A DNA stretch of 64,000 nucleotides. Source: an uncultured Acidimicrobiia bacterium. GTDB taxonomy: Bacteria > Acidobacteriota > Terriglobia > Versatilivoradales > Versatilivoraceae. The notes under the pieces are model-generated. The model was not told the origin of the DNA and did not search any database. It worked only from the letters and a program-made list of their open reading frames with translations. Shown here in pieces: positions 31,256 to 40,929 of this stretch (within the stretch, counting starts at the first letter, position 1; each line of letters opens with the position of its first letter). The stretch is from contig CAWBAT010000008.1 of the NCBI GenBank assembly GCA_963786955.1, positions 96,001 through 160,000 of the forward strand, in the 5' to 3' direction. A program made the translations under genes and the position numbers.

Positions 31256-31301
31256 GATTTTTTCTTTCCTGCTGGGAATTTGAAATTGGTTAACGGTATT
31301 T

Positions 31302-31763
31302 ATGAAATCAGGCAAGAAGTCAAAGAAGAGACCTGTGGCGACGGGTTCTGCCGCGAGTGCGAAAAAGTCCTCTCGATGGCTCATCTATCTGCTCATTACG
31401 GTGGGCCTTGTCGTTCTCGGATACTTTGTCATTCGAGAATGGCCCTCAAGCCAGAATGAGTCACAGCTTTTGAAGGGACGTTGGCTTCGGCCGGATGGTG
31501 GCTATGTCCTGGAAATCCTGAATATTAAGCCAGATGGGGAGATGGAAGCCGCCTATTTCAATCCCCGCCCTATTCACGTGGCGATCGCTAAAGTGTCTCA
31601 ATCTGGCTCAACAACCAAGGTCTTCGTCGAACTGCGGGATACGGGGTATCCTGGAAGCGCTTACAATTTAGTTTATGATCCAGGGAGCGATCAGCTCAAG
31701 GGAATCTATTCTCAAGCTGCCCTCCATCAAGACTTCGACGTCTATTTCGTTCGAATGAAATAG
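31302..31763 (+). CDS. Membrane-anchored hypothetical beta-rich protein
   Basis: Basic N-terminus, one TM helix, then GRWLRPDGGYVLEI...YFNP...ELRDTGYPGS. Confidence 0.72.
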   Translation: MKSGKKSKKRPVATGSAASAKKSSRWLIYLLITVGLVVLGYFVIREWPSSQNESQLLKGRWLRPDGGYVLEILNIKPDGEMEAAYFNPRPIHVAIAKVSQSGSTTKVFVELRDTGYPGSAYNLVYDPGSDQLKGIYSQAALHQDFDVYFVRMK

Positions 31764-31992
31764 GGGATTCATGGATCCCGCCAATTCGTGACGCGATCTG
31801 TCACAAATTCCGCCACGCCTTCTACCCCCCCCCGAGTATTTTCCTGCAAGAACAGCCGCACCAGTCCTGCAACATGCCTTTTTCCGTTCGCTAAGGAGGC
31901 GTTGCGTATGGTAATCTTTTTAAGGTTCCCGCCACTCATGATTTTGCGTGCGTGTCTATAAGTTTGAATTGTTCAGGATGGAAAGAAACTCT

Positions 31993-34575
31993 ATGAAGAG
32001 ATGTTGGCGAACACGGTTTGTCCTCGTGCCATTACTTCTTGGTACGATGCAGGGTCTGCTGCGGGCTGAAGAAGCGAATCTGAAAAGTCTTCCTCCCGCG
32101 GCAAACACCCAGGTGGATTTCTATCGAGACATTGAGCCCCTTTTCAAAGAGAAATGTCTGTCCTGTCATGGGTTTGTCCAACAGTTGGGGGGGCTTCGCC
32201 TGGATGGCCGGGAAGCCAGCCTGGCTGGAGGGAACAGCGGCGTCGCGATAAAGCCCGGCAATAGTGCTGACAGCCGGCTAATTCAACTCGTGGCAGGTCT
32301 CAACAAAGACTTGAGAATGCCGCTGACGGGGGATCCTCTGAGTTCTGAACAAGTCGGCTTACTGCGCGCCTGGATCGACCAAGGAGCCGTCTGGCCCGAT
32401 CCGGCAGGGTCTGCCAAATCGGCCTCTCCAGTTGGAGCCCAGCGGCCGAAGATCAAACATTGGGCATTTATCCCGCCCCAACGTCCGAAGCTGCCCAGAG
32501 TCAAGAACGCCAGCTGGATCCGAAACCCAATCGACCCATTTGTATTGGCCAGGCTGGAGAAAGAAAGCATCCAGCCTTCGGTTGAAGCGGACCGGGAAAC
32601 CTTGATCCGTCGCCTGAGTCTGGATTTGATCGGGCTGCCTCCTACCCCCGAGGAAGTTGCTGAATTCCTGGCCGACAAGCAGCCCGACGCCTATGAACGG
32701 CTGGTCGATCGCCTGCTGGCCTCTGAACATTATGGCGAAAAGTGGGCGCGCCATTGGCTCGACCTAGCTCGCTACGCAGACAGTGACGGCTATGAAGAGG
32801 ACATGATCCGGCCGAATGCCTGGCGCTGGCGTCATTGGGTCATTGAGGCCATCAATCGAAACATGCCCTTCGACGAGTTCACGATCGAGCAGCTGGCCGG
32901 GGATCTTTTGCCCAATGCCACTCTGGAACAGAAGGTTGCAACCGGCTTCAATCGGAATACCCTGACTAACCGTGAGGGTGGAGTCAACAGGGAAGAATTT
33001 CGGACTGAGCAAGTTGTCGATAGGACCGCAACGATCGGGACGGTCTGGCTGGGCCTGACCCTGGGTTGTGCGCGTTGCCATGATCATAAATACGATCCCA
33101 TTAGTCAGAAGGAGTTTTATCAGCTCTATGCCTTTTTCAATACGGCAACCGAGGTCAATTTTGATGCGCCGCTTCCGGTAGAACGCGGACCTTTTCTGCT
33201 GAAGCAACCGGAATATGAAAAAAAACGCGCGACCCTTCTGGAAGAATTCAAGGTTGCGGAATTACAAGTCGAATGGGAGAAGAAAGTGCGTGATGCGGCC
33301 GCACACCCGGGCGTTGATTTCGCTTCGGACTTTCAGTTGGAATTACTGAGGGTCAAGATGGATGGGGGTGAGGAGATTCTCATGCTGGCGCCAGAGAAAC
33401 GGACCCCCAAGCAAAAGAGAATCCTGACAGACCAATTTGTCAAGTTCTCTCGTTTTAACGAATTAAACACCCGTCTGAATGCGTTGGCGGAAGAATATCC
33501 GGCGTTGACTGAGGCCCTAGGGATTGCGGAAAACCCTCACCCTCCCAAGACGCATGTTTTGATCCGGGGAAACTTCCTCCAGCCCGGGATTGAAGTCCAG
33601 CCAGGGACTCCAGCGATTTTGCCTCCTCTTGCAACAGACTCAAAGCTTTCCCGACTCAGGCTGGCTCGTTGGCTGGTCTCCAGTGACAATCCGTTGACGG
33701 CACGAGTGACCATGAATCGCACCTGGCAGGAATTTTTCGGGCGGGGTTTGGTAGATCCCCCGCAGGACTTTGGTCTCAGGTCGAGTCCTCCCACGCATCC
33801 TGAATTGCTGGATTGGTTGGCGACCGAATTCGTCTCCAGCGGATGGAATGTCAAGAAGATGCATAAACTGCTGGTGATGTCCGCCACATACCGGCAGTCT
33901 TCCAATACGAGAAAAGATCTGGAAGCCCGGGACCCGGACAACAAATTGCTGGCGCGACAAACGCGTCTTCGTTTGCCTGCAGAACAGGTCCGGGACGTTG
34001 TACTCGCGGCAAGCGGGCTGTTGAATCCAAGCATTGGGGGGCGAAGCGTCCGGCCTCCCCAGCCAGCCGGTGGAGCGGGGATGAACTCCTTAACCAAATG
34101 GAAAGAGAGCGAAGGGGCGGACCGGTATCGCCGCGGACTCTATATTTTATTTCAGAGGCGTTACCCCTATCCGCAGCTCGTCACCTTTGATGCTCCGAAT
34201 TCCTTAAATTCCTGTCCCCGTCGGGAGCGATCGACGACGCCTCTGCAAGCGCTGACATTACTGAACGATCCTGTTTTTTTTGAGGCTGCCCAAGCTTTGG
34301 CCGTGCGCCTGCTACAGGAGAGGAAGGGAGATGCGGGAGAGCGGATTGATTATGCGTACCAATTGTGTCTGGCTCGCTCTCCTCGCCCTGACGAAAGAGA
34401 GCGGCTGATGGAGTATCTCCACGAACGGAAGAAAATGTTGGAACAGAAGCCTGAGTCCATCGAAAAAATCTTTCCGGCTAAAAGTTTAGAAGGAATCAAT
34501 CCGGCCGAAGGGGCTCTCTGGATCGGGATCAGCCGGGTCTTGCTGAATCTGGAAGAATTCATCACAAGAGGGTAA
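31993..34575 (+). CDS. Planctomycete cytochrome c + DUF1549/DUF1553 (PSD1) protein
   Basis: CLSCHG, HWAF, NPIDPF, LIRRLSLDL.GLPPT, RHWLDLARYADS, CARCHDHKYDPI, PTHPELLDWLA, TPLQAL.LLN. Confidence 0.92.
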   Translation: MKRCWRTRFVLVPLLLGTMQGLLRAEEANLKSLPPAANTQVDFYRDIEPLFKEKCLSCHGFVQQLGGLRLDGREASLAGGNSGVAIKPGNSADSRLIQLVAGLNKDLRMPLTGDPLSSEQVGLLRAWIDQGAVWPDPAGSAKSASPVGAQRPKIKHWAFIPPQRPKLPRVKNASWIRNPIDPFVLARLEKESIQPSVEADRETLIRRLSLDLIGLPPTPEEVAEFLADKQPDAYERLVDRLLASEHYGEKWARHWLDLARYADSDGYEEDMIRPNAWRWRHWVIEAINRNMPFDEFTIEQLAGDLLPNATLEQKVATGFNRNTLTNREGGVNREEFRTEQVVDRTATIGTVWLGLTLGCARCHDHKYDPISQKEFYQLYAFFNTATEVNFDAPLPVERGPFLLKQPEYEKKRATLLEEFKVAELQVEWEKKVRDAAAHPGVDFASDFQLELLRVKMDGGEEILMLAPEKRTPKQKRILTDQFVKFSRFNELNTRLNALAEEYPALTEALGIAENPHPPKTHVLIRGNFLQPGIEVQPGTPAILPPLATDSKLSRLRLARWLVSSDNPLTARVTMNRTWQEFFGRGLVDPPQDFGLRSSPPTHPELLDWLATEFVSSGWNVKKMHKLLVMSATYRQSSNTRKDLEARDPDNKLLARQTRLRLPAEQVRDVVLAASGLLNPSIGGRSVRPPQPAGGAGMNSLTKWKESEGADRYRRGLYILFQRRYPYPQLVTFDAPNSLNSCPRRERSTTPLQALTLLNDPVFFEAAQALAVRLLQERKGDAGERIDYAYQLCLARSPRPDERERLMEYLHERKKMLEQKPESIEKIFPAKSLEGINPAEGALWIGISRVLLNLEEFITRG

Positions 34576-34577
34576 CT

Positions 34578-36026
34578 ATGAACTTTTTAGAGTTCCAGCG
34601 CCTTCAAGCACGGCGCGGTTTCCTGCAGCAATGTGCCGGTGGGCTGGGAACCATTGCGCTCTGGCATCTGATGGCCGGTGAAGGGAGAACGGCCATTCCA
34701 GAAGGTTCTCTCCCAGACGTCAACCCGCTAAGGCCCAAGGCGGCTCATTTTGCAGGGAAGGCCAAGAACGTCATTTTTTTGTTCATGGAAGGTGGACCTA
34801 GCCAGCTCGATTTGTTTGATCCGAAGCCCGGGCTGAGCAAGTGGGATGGCCAGTCCTTGCCGCCATCCATGACCAAGGATCTGAAGCTGGCCTTTATCAA
34901 GCCCGATGCCAAGGTTTGGTCGAGCCCGCGCACGTTCACCCGATCCGGCCAATGCGGCATGGAATTTTCTGATTACCTGCCGTATACGGCGGCCTGCGCA
35001 GATGATATTTGCATGATTCGTTCCATGGTGACGGATCAGTTCAACCATCATCCAGGCCAACTCATGATCACTTCCGGCACAGGATTGCTCGGGCGTCCCA
35101 CAATGGGAGCCTGGGTGACCTATGGGTTAGGAAGCGAATCGCAAGACCTTCCGGGATTTGTTGCCTTGACTTCAGGGGGCGCTTCTCCGGGCGCCGGCAG
35201 CGGCAATTGGGGTAATGGCTTTCTACCTTCCGTCTATCAGGGAGTTCCGTTTCGAGGCACAGGGGATCCGGTTCTTAACTTGTCCAATATTCCGGGAGTC
35301 GACACGGAAGATCAGCGGATGACACTCGATGCCATTCGCGACTTGAACCAACAGAGTTTTCTGCGTGCGGGGGATATGGAGATTGCATCTCGCATTGCTT
35401 CCTATGAATTGGCATTCCGGATGCAGTCGGTCGGACCGGAACTGCTGGATTTTTCGAAGGAGACCCCCGCCACGTTGGAGATGTATGGCGTCAACAAAGA
35501 GCCGACCCGCCCTTTCGCCACCAATTGCCTATTGGCCAGGCGCATGATTGAGCGCGGAGTGAGATTCGTCCAAATAATGCATTCGACCTGGGATGATCAT
35601 TCCGACTTGAATAAGAAATTGAAGAAGAACTGCGAAATCACCGACCAGCCCACCGCCGCTTTACTCAAAGACTTGAGACAGCGCGGGCTGTTGGACAATA
35701 CGCTGGTCATCTGGGGAAGTGAATTCGGCCGCACCCCTATGGTTCAGAGTCTTGGGCTCGCCGGGGAGAGTTGGGGCCGGGATCATCATCCTTTGGCCTT
35801 CACCGTGTGGATGGCGGGTGGGGGTGTCAAACCCGGCCAGGTCATTGGCAAGACAGACGACCTCTGCTTCAACGTGGTCGAAGATAAGATCCACGTCCAC
35901 GACCTGCATGCCACCATTCTTTATTGCTTGGGTTTGGAACACAAACGGCTCACCTATCGCCACGAAGGAAGAGATTTTCGACTTACCGACGTATCCGGCG
36001 AGGTTGTGCAAAAGCTGCTCGCCTGA
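34578..36026 (+). CDS. DUF1501 domain protein (Tat signal)
   Basis: ARRGFL, FLFMEGGPSQLDLFDPKP, CLLARRMIERGVRFV, WDDH, EFGRTP, GRDHHP, HVHDLHAT. Confidence 0.92.
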   Translation: MNFLEFQRLQARRGFLQQCAGGLGTIALWHLMAGEGRTAIPEGSLPDVNPLRPKAAHFAGKAKNVIFLFMEGGPSQLDLFDPKPGLSKWDGQSLPPSMTKDLKLAFIKPDAKVWSSPRTFTRSGQCGMEFSDYLPYTAACADDICMIRSMVTDQFNHHPGQLMITSGTGLLGRPTMGAWVTYGLGSESQDLPGFVALTSGGASPGAGSGNWGNGFLPSVYQGVPFRGTGDPVLNLSNIPGVDTEDQRMTLDAIRDLNQQSFLRAGDMEIASRIASYELAFRMQSVGPELLDFSKETPATLEMYGVNKEPTRPFATNCLLARRMIERGVRFVQIMHSTWDDHSDLNKKLKKNCEITDQPTAALLKDLRQRGLLDNTLVIWGSEFGRTPMVQSLGLAGESWGRDHHPLAFTVWMAGGGVKPGQVIGKTDDLCFNVVEDKIHVHDLHATILYCLGLEHKRLTYRHEGRDFRLTDVSGEVVQKLLA

Positions 36027-36322
36027 TCGGTATGCCAGCGCTTGAGTTCACGGCTCCATGGGTCGGACTCTTCGAGATTGTTTGCGGCATTTTGATGATC
36101 GCCGACCTGCTGACCCGGTTGGCAGCTATTCCTTTGATCGTCATCATGCTCTCCGCCATCTGCACCACCAAGTCCCCCCTGTTAGTTCACAAAGGTTTCT
36201 GGGCCATGGCCCAAGACCCTCGCCCGGATTGGTCCATGCTTCTCGGTTCCATTGTTTTGCTCTTGATGGGTGCGGGACGATGGCTAATTGACGACTACTG
36301 GGAATCAAATCTGGCAGGTTGA
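36026..36322 (+). pseudogene. 5'-truncated DoxX-family membrane protein
   Basis: IGMPALEFTAPWVGLFEIVCG...LTRLAAIPL...GAGRWLID matches the C-terminal two-thirds of DoxX; N-terminal helix absent (ATG at 36032). Confidence 0.65.
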
Positions 36323-36323
36323 C

Positions 36324-37532
36324 ATGACTGAGCCTGAAGATGTCGGGTCCGAAACTCCGCTTCCATCCGCGCGAAACACATCCCTGAGAGAGATTGCTTT
36401 CCTCTTTCTCAAGTTGGGGAGCATCGCCTTTGGCGGCCCGGCGGCACACATCGCCATGATGGAGGCAGAGGTTGTTCGCCGCCGTCGCTGGTTGTCCCGG
36501 GAAGAGTTTCTGGATCTCTTGGGTGCCACGAACCTGATTCCCGGTCCCAACTCGACGGAGTTGGCGATCCATATTGGGCATCGCCAGGCTGGGTGGGCAG
36601 GATTGCTCGTAGCCGGAAGTTGTTTCATTCTCCCGGCAGTTTTCATCGTCTCTGCTTTTGCCTGGGCCTACGTCCGATACGGCTCACTACCGGAGATCGC
36701 CGGAATTTTGTACGGTGTGAAGCCGGTGATAATCGCGATAGTTCTGCAAGCCCTTTGGGGACTTGGGCGCTCCGCCCTTAAAACCAGGTTTCTGGGAATT
36801 GTGGCTGCAACGGGCGTGGCCCTTGGCTTTATTGGGATCCACGAGCTGGTCATCCTTCTGGGATGTGGAGTGGGAGTCGCCCTTCAAGTGGGGATCATCA
36901 GCCGGAAGCGCGGCCAAGGACTCGCTTCGTTTTTTGCTAGCGTGCCAGTCGCGCTGGCTTCAACAGGAGGAGTCTCCGGGAGCCTTATGACTGCTGCTTC
37001 TTTCTCACTGTGGTCGCTGTTTCTGTTTTTTCTGAAGGTCGGCTCGGTGCTGTTTGGAAGCGGTTATGTGCTCCTGGCGTTTCTGCACGCGGATCTGGTA
37101 GAGCGCTGGCACTGGCTGAGCGAATCACAATTGTTGGACGCCATCGCCATCGGCCAGGCGACGCCGGGCCCGGTCTTTACGACCGCCACGTTCATCGGGT
37201 ACGTTCTGGGAGGGGCTAAGGGGGCCGCTGTCGCAACCCTGGGAATCTTTCTTCCTGCGTTTATTTTTGTGGCCGTGAGTGGCCCAGTGGTTCCCCGAAT
37301 GCGGCGATCTGTGACCGCGGGAGCATTCCTCGACGGCGTCAACGCCGCCTGTCTCGCCTTGATGACGGTGGTGACTTGGCAGCTCGCCAAAGCTAGTTTG
37401 GTTGATTCGATGAGTGTTCTTTTGTTAGCGATGAGTCTGATTCTACTGGCGAGATTCCACTTCAATTCAATGTGGCTTGTTCTAGGAGGAGCCTTGGTGA
37501 GACTGCTGACTCACTGGTTTCGACTTCTCTAG
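36324..37532 (+). CDS. chrA: Chromate efflux transporter (long-chain CHR)
   Basis: FGGPAAHIAMM, PGPNSTELA, FGSGYVL, GQATPGP. Confidence 0.93.
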   Translation: MTEPEDVGSETPLPSARNTSLREIAFLFLKLGSIAFGGPAAHIAMMEAEVVRRRRWLSREEFLDLLGATNLIPGPNSTELAIHIGHRQAGWAGLLVAGSCFILPAVFIVSAFAWAYVRYGSLPEIAGILYGVKPVIIAIVLQALWGLGRSALKTRFLGIVAATGVALGFIGIHELVILLGCGVGVALQVGIISRKRGQGLASFFASVPVALASTGGVSGSLMTAASFSLWSLFLFFLKVGSVLFGSGYVLLAFLHADLVERWHWLSESQLLDAIAIGQATPGPVFTTATFIGYVLGGAKGAAVATLGIFLPAFIFVAVSGPVVPRMRRSVTAGAFLDGVNAACLALMTVVTWQLAKASLVDSMSVLLLAMSLILLARFHFNSMWLVLGGALVRLLTHWFRLL

Positions 37533-37582
37533 GCACTCGCTGGGACAGATCGATTTTCTTAGACATCAGAAGGGCGGGACAC

Positions 37583-37717
37583 CTAAAGAAGACTCATTTG
37601 TCATTGTTGATTGTTCATTTCTCATTTTCCATTGAGAAGCTTAAATGAGAAATGGTAAATGGTAATTGACCAATGGCAAATAAGATAGCTGGAAGAGGTC
37701 ATCAACCGCAGCTTTGC
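37583..37717. repeat. ~135 bp dispersed heptamer-hairpin element, copy 2
   Basis: Direct-orientation near-copy of 20497-20632. Confidence 0.85.
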
Positions 37718-37763
37718 CGAACGGGATTTTTTCAATTCCCCAGCGTGGAAGAAACTAGATATC

Positions 37764-37895
37764 ATCGGCTCTCCTCTCCCCAACGCGGAAGAGGGGCTGG
37801 GGGTGAGGGAGAACTTCACACGGGCTGAGGGCAAGATCCACCGCATGGCAGGCGACGCCGACGGAAAACGCGGCCTCGTGGCATTCGGCCCTCCA
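37764..37895. repeat. REP family B copy (37764-37809) and family A copy (37871-37895)
   Basis: ATCGGCTCTCCTCTCCCCAACGCGGAAGAGGGGCTGGGGGTGAGGG; CGGCCTCGTGGCATTCGGCCCTCCA. Confidence 0.65.
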
Positions 37896-37947
37896 GTCCA
37901 GGTGAACATCCGAGCAGAACTAAAAGCGAGAAAATCTAAATCTTAAA

Positions 37948-38853
37948 TCATCGTTCCTTCAGGAATGTTCCATTATGGAGCTCGGCGTAGGCCTGCCGCA
38001 ATTCTTCCTCCGTATTCATCACGATGGGGCCGCGCCAGGCAACCGGCTCCTCGAGCGGCTTTCCAGAGACCAGCAAGAATCGGATCCCGGCGTCTCCCGC
38101 TTGCACGGTCACTTCATCCCCCGTGTCGAAAAGGACGAGGGAACGATTCCCAGTCTCATCGATCGTTGTCTTGTCTGCTGATCCCACCTTTTCCGTCTTG
38201 ACGGCAACCGGTTCGGAGGCGTCGCGAAATGTACCCGCCCCTTCAAACACATAAGCAAACGCATGCCGGTTCGTCTCGACGGGCAGTATCTTTCGCCTAC
38301 CGGGTGGCACCCACACGTCTAGATAGCGCGGATCGGCGGCGACCCCTTCTACTGGCCCCTTTTTCCCCCAGAAACTCCCGCAGACGATGCGGACAGTCGT
38401 TTCGTCATCGTCAACAACCACCGGGATATCACCGGACAAGACGTCCTGGTAGCGCGGAGCCGTCATCTTCAGCGAGGCGGGCAGATTTGCCCAGAGTTGG
38501 AAGCCGTGCATTCGACCCTTCCCATCGCCCTTAGGCATTTCTTGATGGAGAATCCCGCTGCCGGCGGTCATCCACTGCACATCGCCGGCTCCTAACGTCC
38601 CCTGATTTCCCAAACTATCACCGTGGCTCACGTTTCCCGCGAGGACGTAGGTGATGGTCTCGATGCCTCGATGCGGGTGCCACGGAAACCCGGCGAGATA
38701 GTCCTCGGGATTCTCGTTGCGAAAGTCGTCCAGCAACAGGAACGGATCAAAGTCGCTCGTTTTTCCAAAACCAAACGCGCGCCGCAATCGTACCCCCGCG
38801 CCTTCGACTGTGGGCTGGGATTGAGTGATTCGCTTAATCGGTCGTATCGACAT
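37948..38853 (-). CDS. Pirin family protein
   Basis: DPFLLLD, GFPWHPHRGIET, QWMTAGSGILHQE, FQLWANLP, GPIVMN. Confidence 0.95.
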   Translation of the reverse strand: MSIRPIKRITQSQPTVEGAGVRLRRAFGFGKTSDFDPFLLLDDFRNENPEDYLAGFPWHPHRGIETITYVLAGNVSHGDSLGNQGTLGAGDVQWMTAGSGILHQEMPKGDGKGRMHGFQLWANLPASLKMTAPRYQDVLSGDIPVVVDDDETTVRIVCGSFWGKKGPVEGVAADPRYLDVWVPPGRRKILPVETNRHAFAYVFEGAGTFRDASEPVAVKTEKVGSADKTTIDETGNRSLVLFDTGDEVTVQAGDAGIRFLLVSGKPLEEPVAWRGPIVMNTEEELRQAYAELHNGTFLKER

Positions 38854-39060
38854 GGCTCCTCCAGATATTGTTACTGCCTGACGTTGCCTCGTGAGTTGTG
38901 CCGTCGGCCAGCATGGCTAAGTGCTTCTTCTCATCGATTCTTCCACGCTAACATGAGTATAACATCGAGAAGACCAGTTGCTAAGCTCAGGCCCTACTCA
39001 TGTGCTCAAAACACACGAAGAGATAAAAATTTGTCAGCCGGGCAGACCCTGCTCACTCAT

Positions 39061-40929
39061 TCAGGAATTTGGCTCAATCTTGATGACACGGAGACCGCCT
39101 CCCGGGGTTTTATCGCGTTGAACCGTTATTGCAAACTCGCCCAAGTCCTTTTCCATATAGATTTTGCTTTTAGCTCCAGGCCAGAGTTCGGTGATGGTGT
39201 AGTTGGTGTGTCCCGTCATCCCGATTTCCTTAAGGGGGATTTGTAACCGGATGTGGGCATCTTGCGTCGTATTTCGATTCGCGACCAGCAGGATCGCCGC
39301 ACGCTCGTTCCATCGAATATAAGGAACCGGAACGGCAATTTCTGGCTCGCAAGGCACCGCGATCAGATGAGGTTCTTTATCAGCCGAGGAGAGGGCCAAG
39401 ACACGGGCTTCCTGCCTGCGGATGGCGATCATCGTTTTCACATCTTCAAACATGGAAGCGTGCTCTGGGCTTCTCAACTCGTTCCAGTCGAGCATGGTTC
39501 CGCAGAGCCAGCGACCCTTCCCAAGATCTTGGCCGCCAAATAAGTGAGCGGATAACCAGGGGATCGGCCGGTACGTCGCATCAAATTCTTCTCCAGCGAA
39601 GAAAATCGGGATCATGGGTGTGAAAAGGCAAGAGTAGCCGAACAACGCCCGGCTACCTTGAGCCACGTAAGGATTTTTGTCTGCCGGGAATCCTTCCCAA
39701 CCCTCGTCGTGGGAACTGAGTTGGATGCAAGGCCAGCCGTAGGCAAGCGTGGCTAAGTAGAGCTGGACGGAAGGCGGTTTCCCTTCGACGGCCAGAAGAC
39801 GTGCGTTTCTTTCCCAGCGGGTCTGCCATTGCCCGCCCATATCATCCTGGACGACGATTTCCTCGATGGGCTTCGAGGCCACATTCTCAACCGTAAGCTG
39901 GATATCCGGGATTCCATCGGCATGATCATCATTGATGCGCCGGCAAATCTTGTCAGCAATCAAGCCGTCCAGCCGGATGTGCAGCGCGCCTTGGCCGTTG
40001 GTGTCGCCGCTCGCCCTTGTTCCATCATCTGCATATTGGATCTCCACCCGGTAATATCCTTTTCTGCCGAAGATTCGAGCGTAAAATCCGGGGATGTCAT
40101 GGACCAGGTGAGGATTCAGATTGCCCGGTGGAGGGATCCGCAGCATCCGGTCATGTTGGGTGAAATCGGTGACTCCCGGGATCACGGCATCATCTTCTTC
40201 GAAGAGAACAATCTCATGCCCAGCACGAGCCGCGTTTTGTCGAATTCTCTCCCAAAGGTCCGGCCGGTAAATCCGGTGGTCCAAGCGGAACCCATCCGCT
40301 CCATACTGGGTCACATACTTGGTCCACACATTTACCCACCAGTCATCAAGATCCGTGTGTCCGCCCCGCCAGTCGTAGTCGGTCATCCGCCAACTGCCAC
40401 CGCGAAACCAGTGGGGGTGTTCTTTGATCAAAGGGCTGAAACTCAAAATGCCGTGTACATGGACGTCCAGAAACACCCGAATCCCGCGCTCGTGCGCGTT
40501 GGCGATAAGTGCCTTGAATTCCTCGGGAGTGCCCAGGGAAGGGTCAATAGTCTGCGGTTCGATGTTCGCGTATTGGGTCCAGATGTTATAGAAATGGTGA
40601 GCGTCGGCGAGCGAATGACCGCTGAGCCAGATGCCCGTGATCCCCAGTTCCTGAAGATAGGGTAACCTGGTTTGAAGACTTTTGAATGTGCCCGATTCGG
40701 GTCCGTTTGGCGAAGTAAATCCCTTGGTTGCGATCTCATAGATGATCAAGTCTCGGGCCCAATCGGGTGAGGGTGGCTGCATGGACGCTGTTCCTACGCC
40801 GGGTGTCGCCTCCGGATTGGCCGTAATCAACCCGGTGGAGCTTGCCAACAAGCCCGCCCCGACAGTGGAACTGGTCTTTAGGAAATTGCGTCGCGACGAG
40901 TTCATCGAATTACTGCGATTATTTTCCAC
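39061..40929 (-). CDS. Tat-exported GH13-like (alpha-amylase fold) glycosidase with an inserted domain
   Basis: SRRNFLK; IDPSLGT.EEFKALI, VFLDVHVH, DGFRLD, LFEE, SSHDE, PIFFAGEE. Confidence 0.78.
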   Translation of the reverse strand: MENNRSNSMNSSRRNFLKTSSTVGAGLLASSTGLITANPEATPGVGTASMQPPSPDWARDLIIYEIATKGFTSPNGPESGTFKSLQTRLPYLQELGITGIWLSGHSLADAHHFYNIWTQYANIEPQTIDPSLGTPEEFKALIANAHERGIRVFLDVHVHGILSFSPLIKEHPHWFRGGSWRMTDYDWRGGHTDLDDWWVNVWTKYVTQYGADGFRLDHRIYRPDLWERIRQNAARAGHEIVLFEEDDAVIPGVTDFTQHDRMLRIPPPGNLNPHLVHDIPGFYARIFGRKGYYRVEIQYADDGTRASGDTNGQGALHIRLDGLIADKICRRINDDHADGIPDIQLTVENVASKPIEEIVVQDDMGGQWQTRWERNARLLAVEGKPPSVQLYLATLAYGWPCIQLSSHDEGWEGFPADKNPYVAQGSRALFGYSCLFTPMIPIFFAGEEFDATYRPIPWLSAHLFGGQDLGKGRWLCGTMLDWNELRSPEHASMFEDVKTMIAIRRQEARVLALSSADKEPHLIAVPCEPEIAVPVPYIRWNERAAILLVANRNTTQDAHIRLQIPLKEIGMTGHTNYTITELWPGAKSKIYMEKDLGEFAITVQRDKTPGGGLRVIKIEPNS

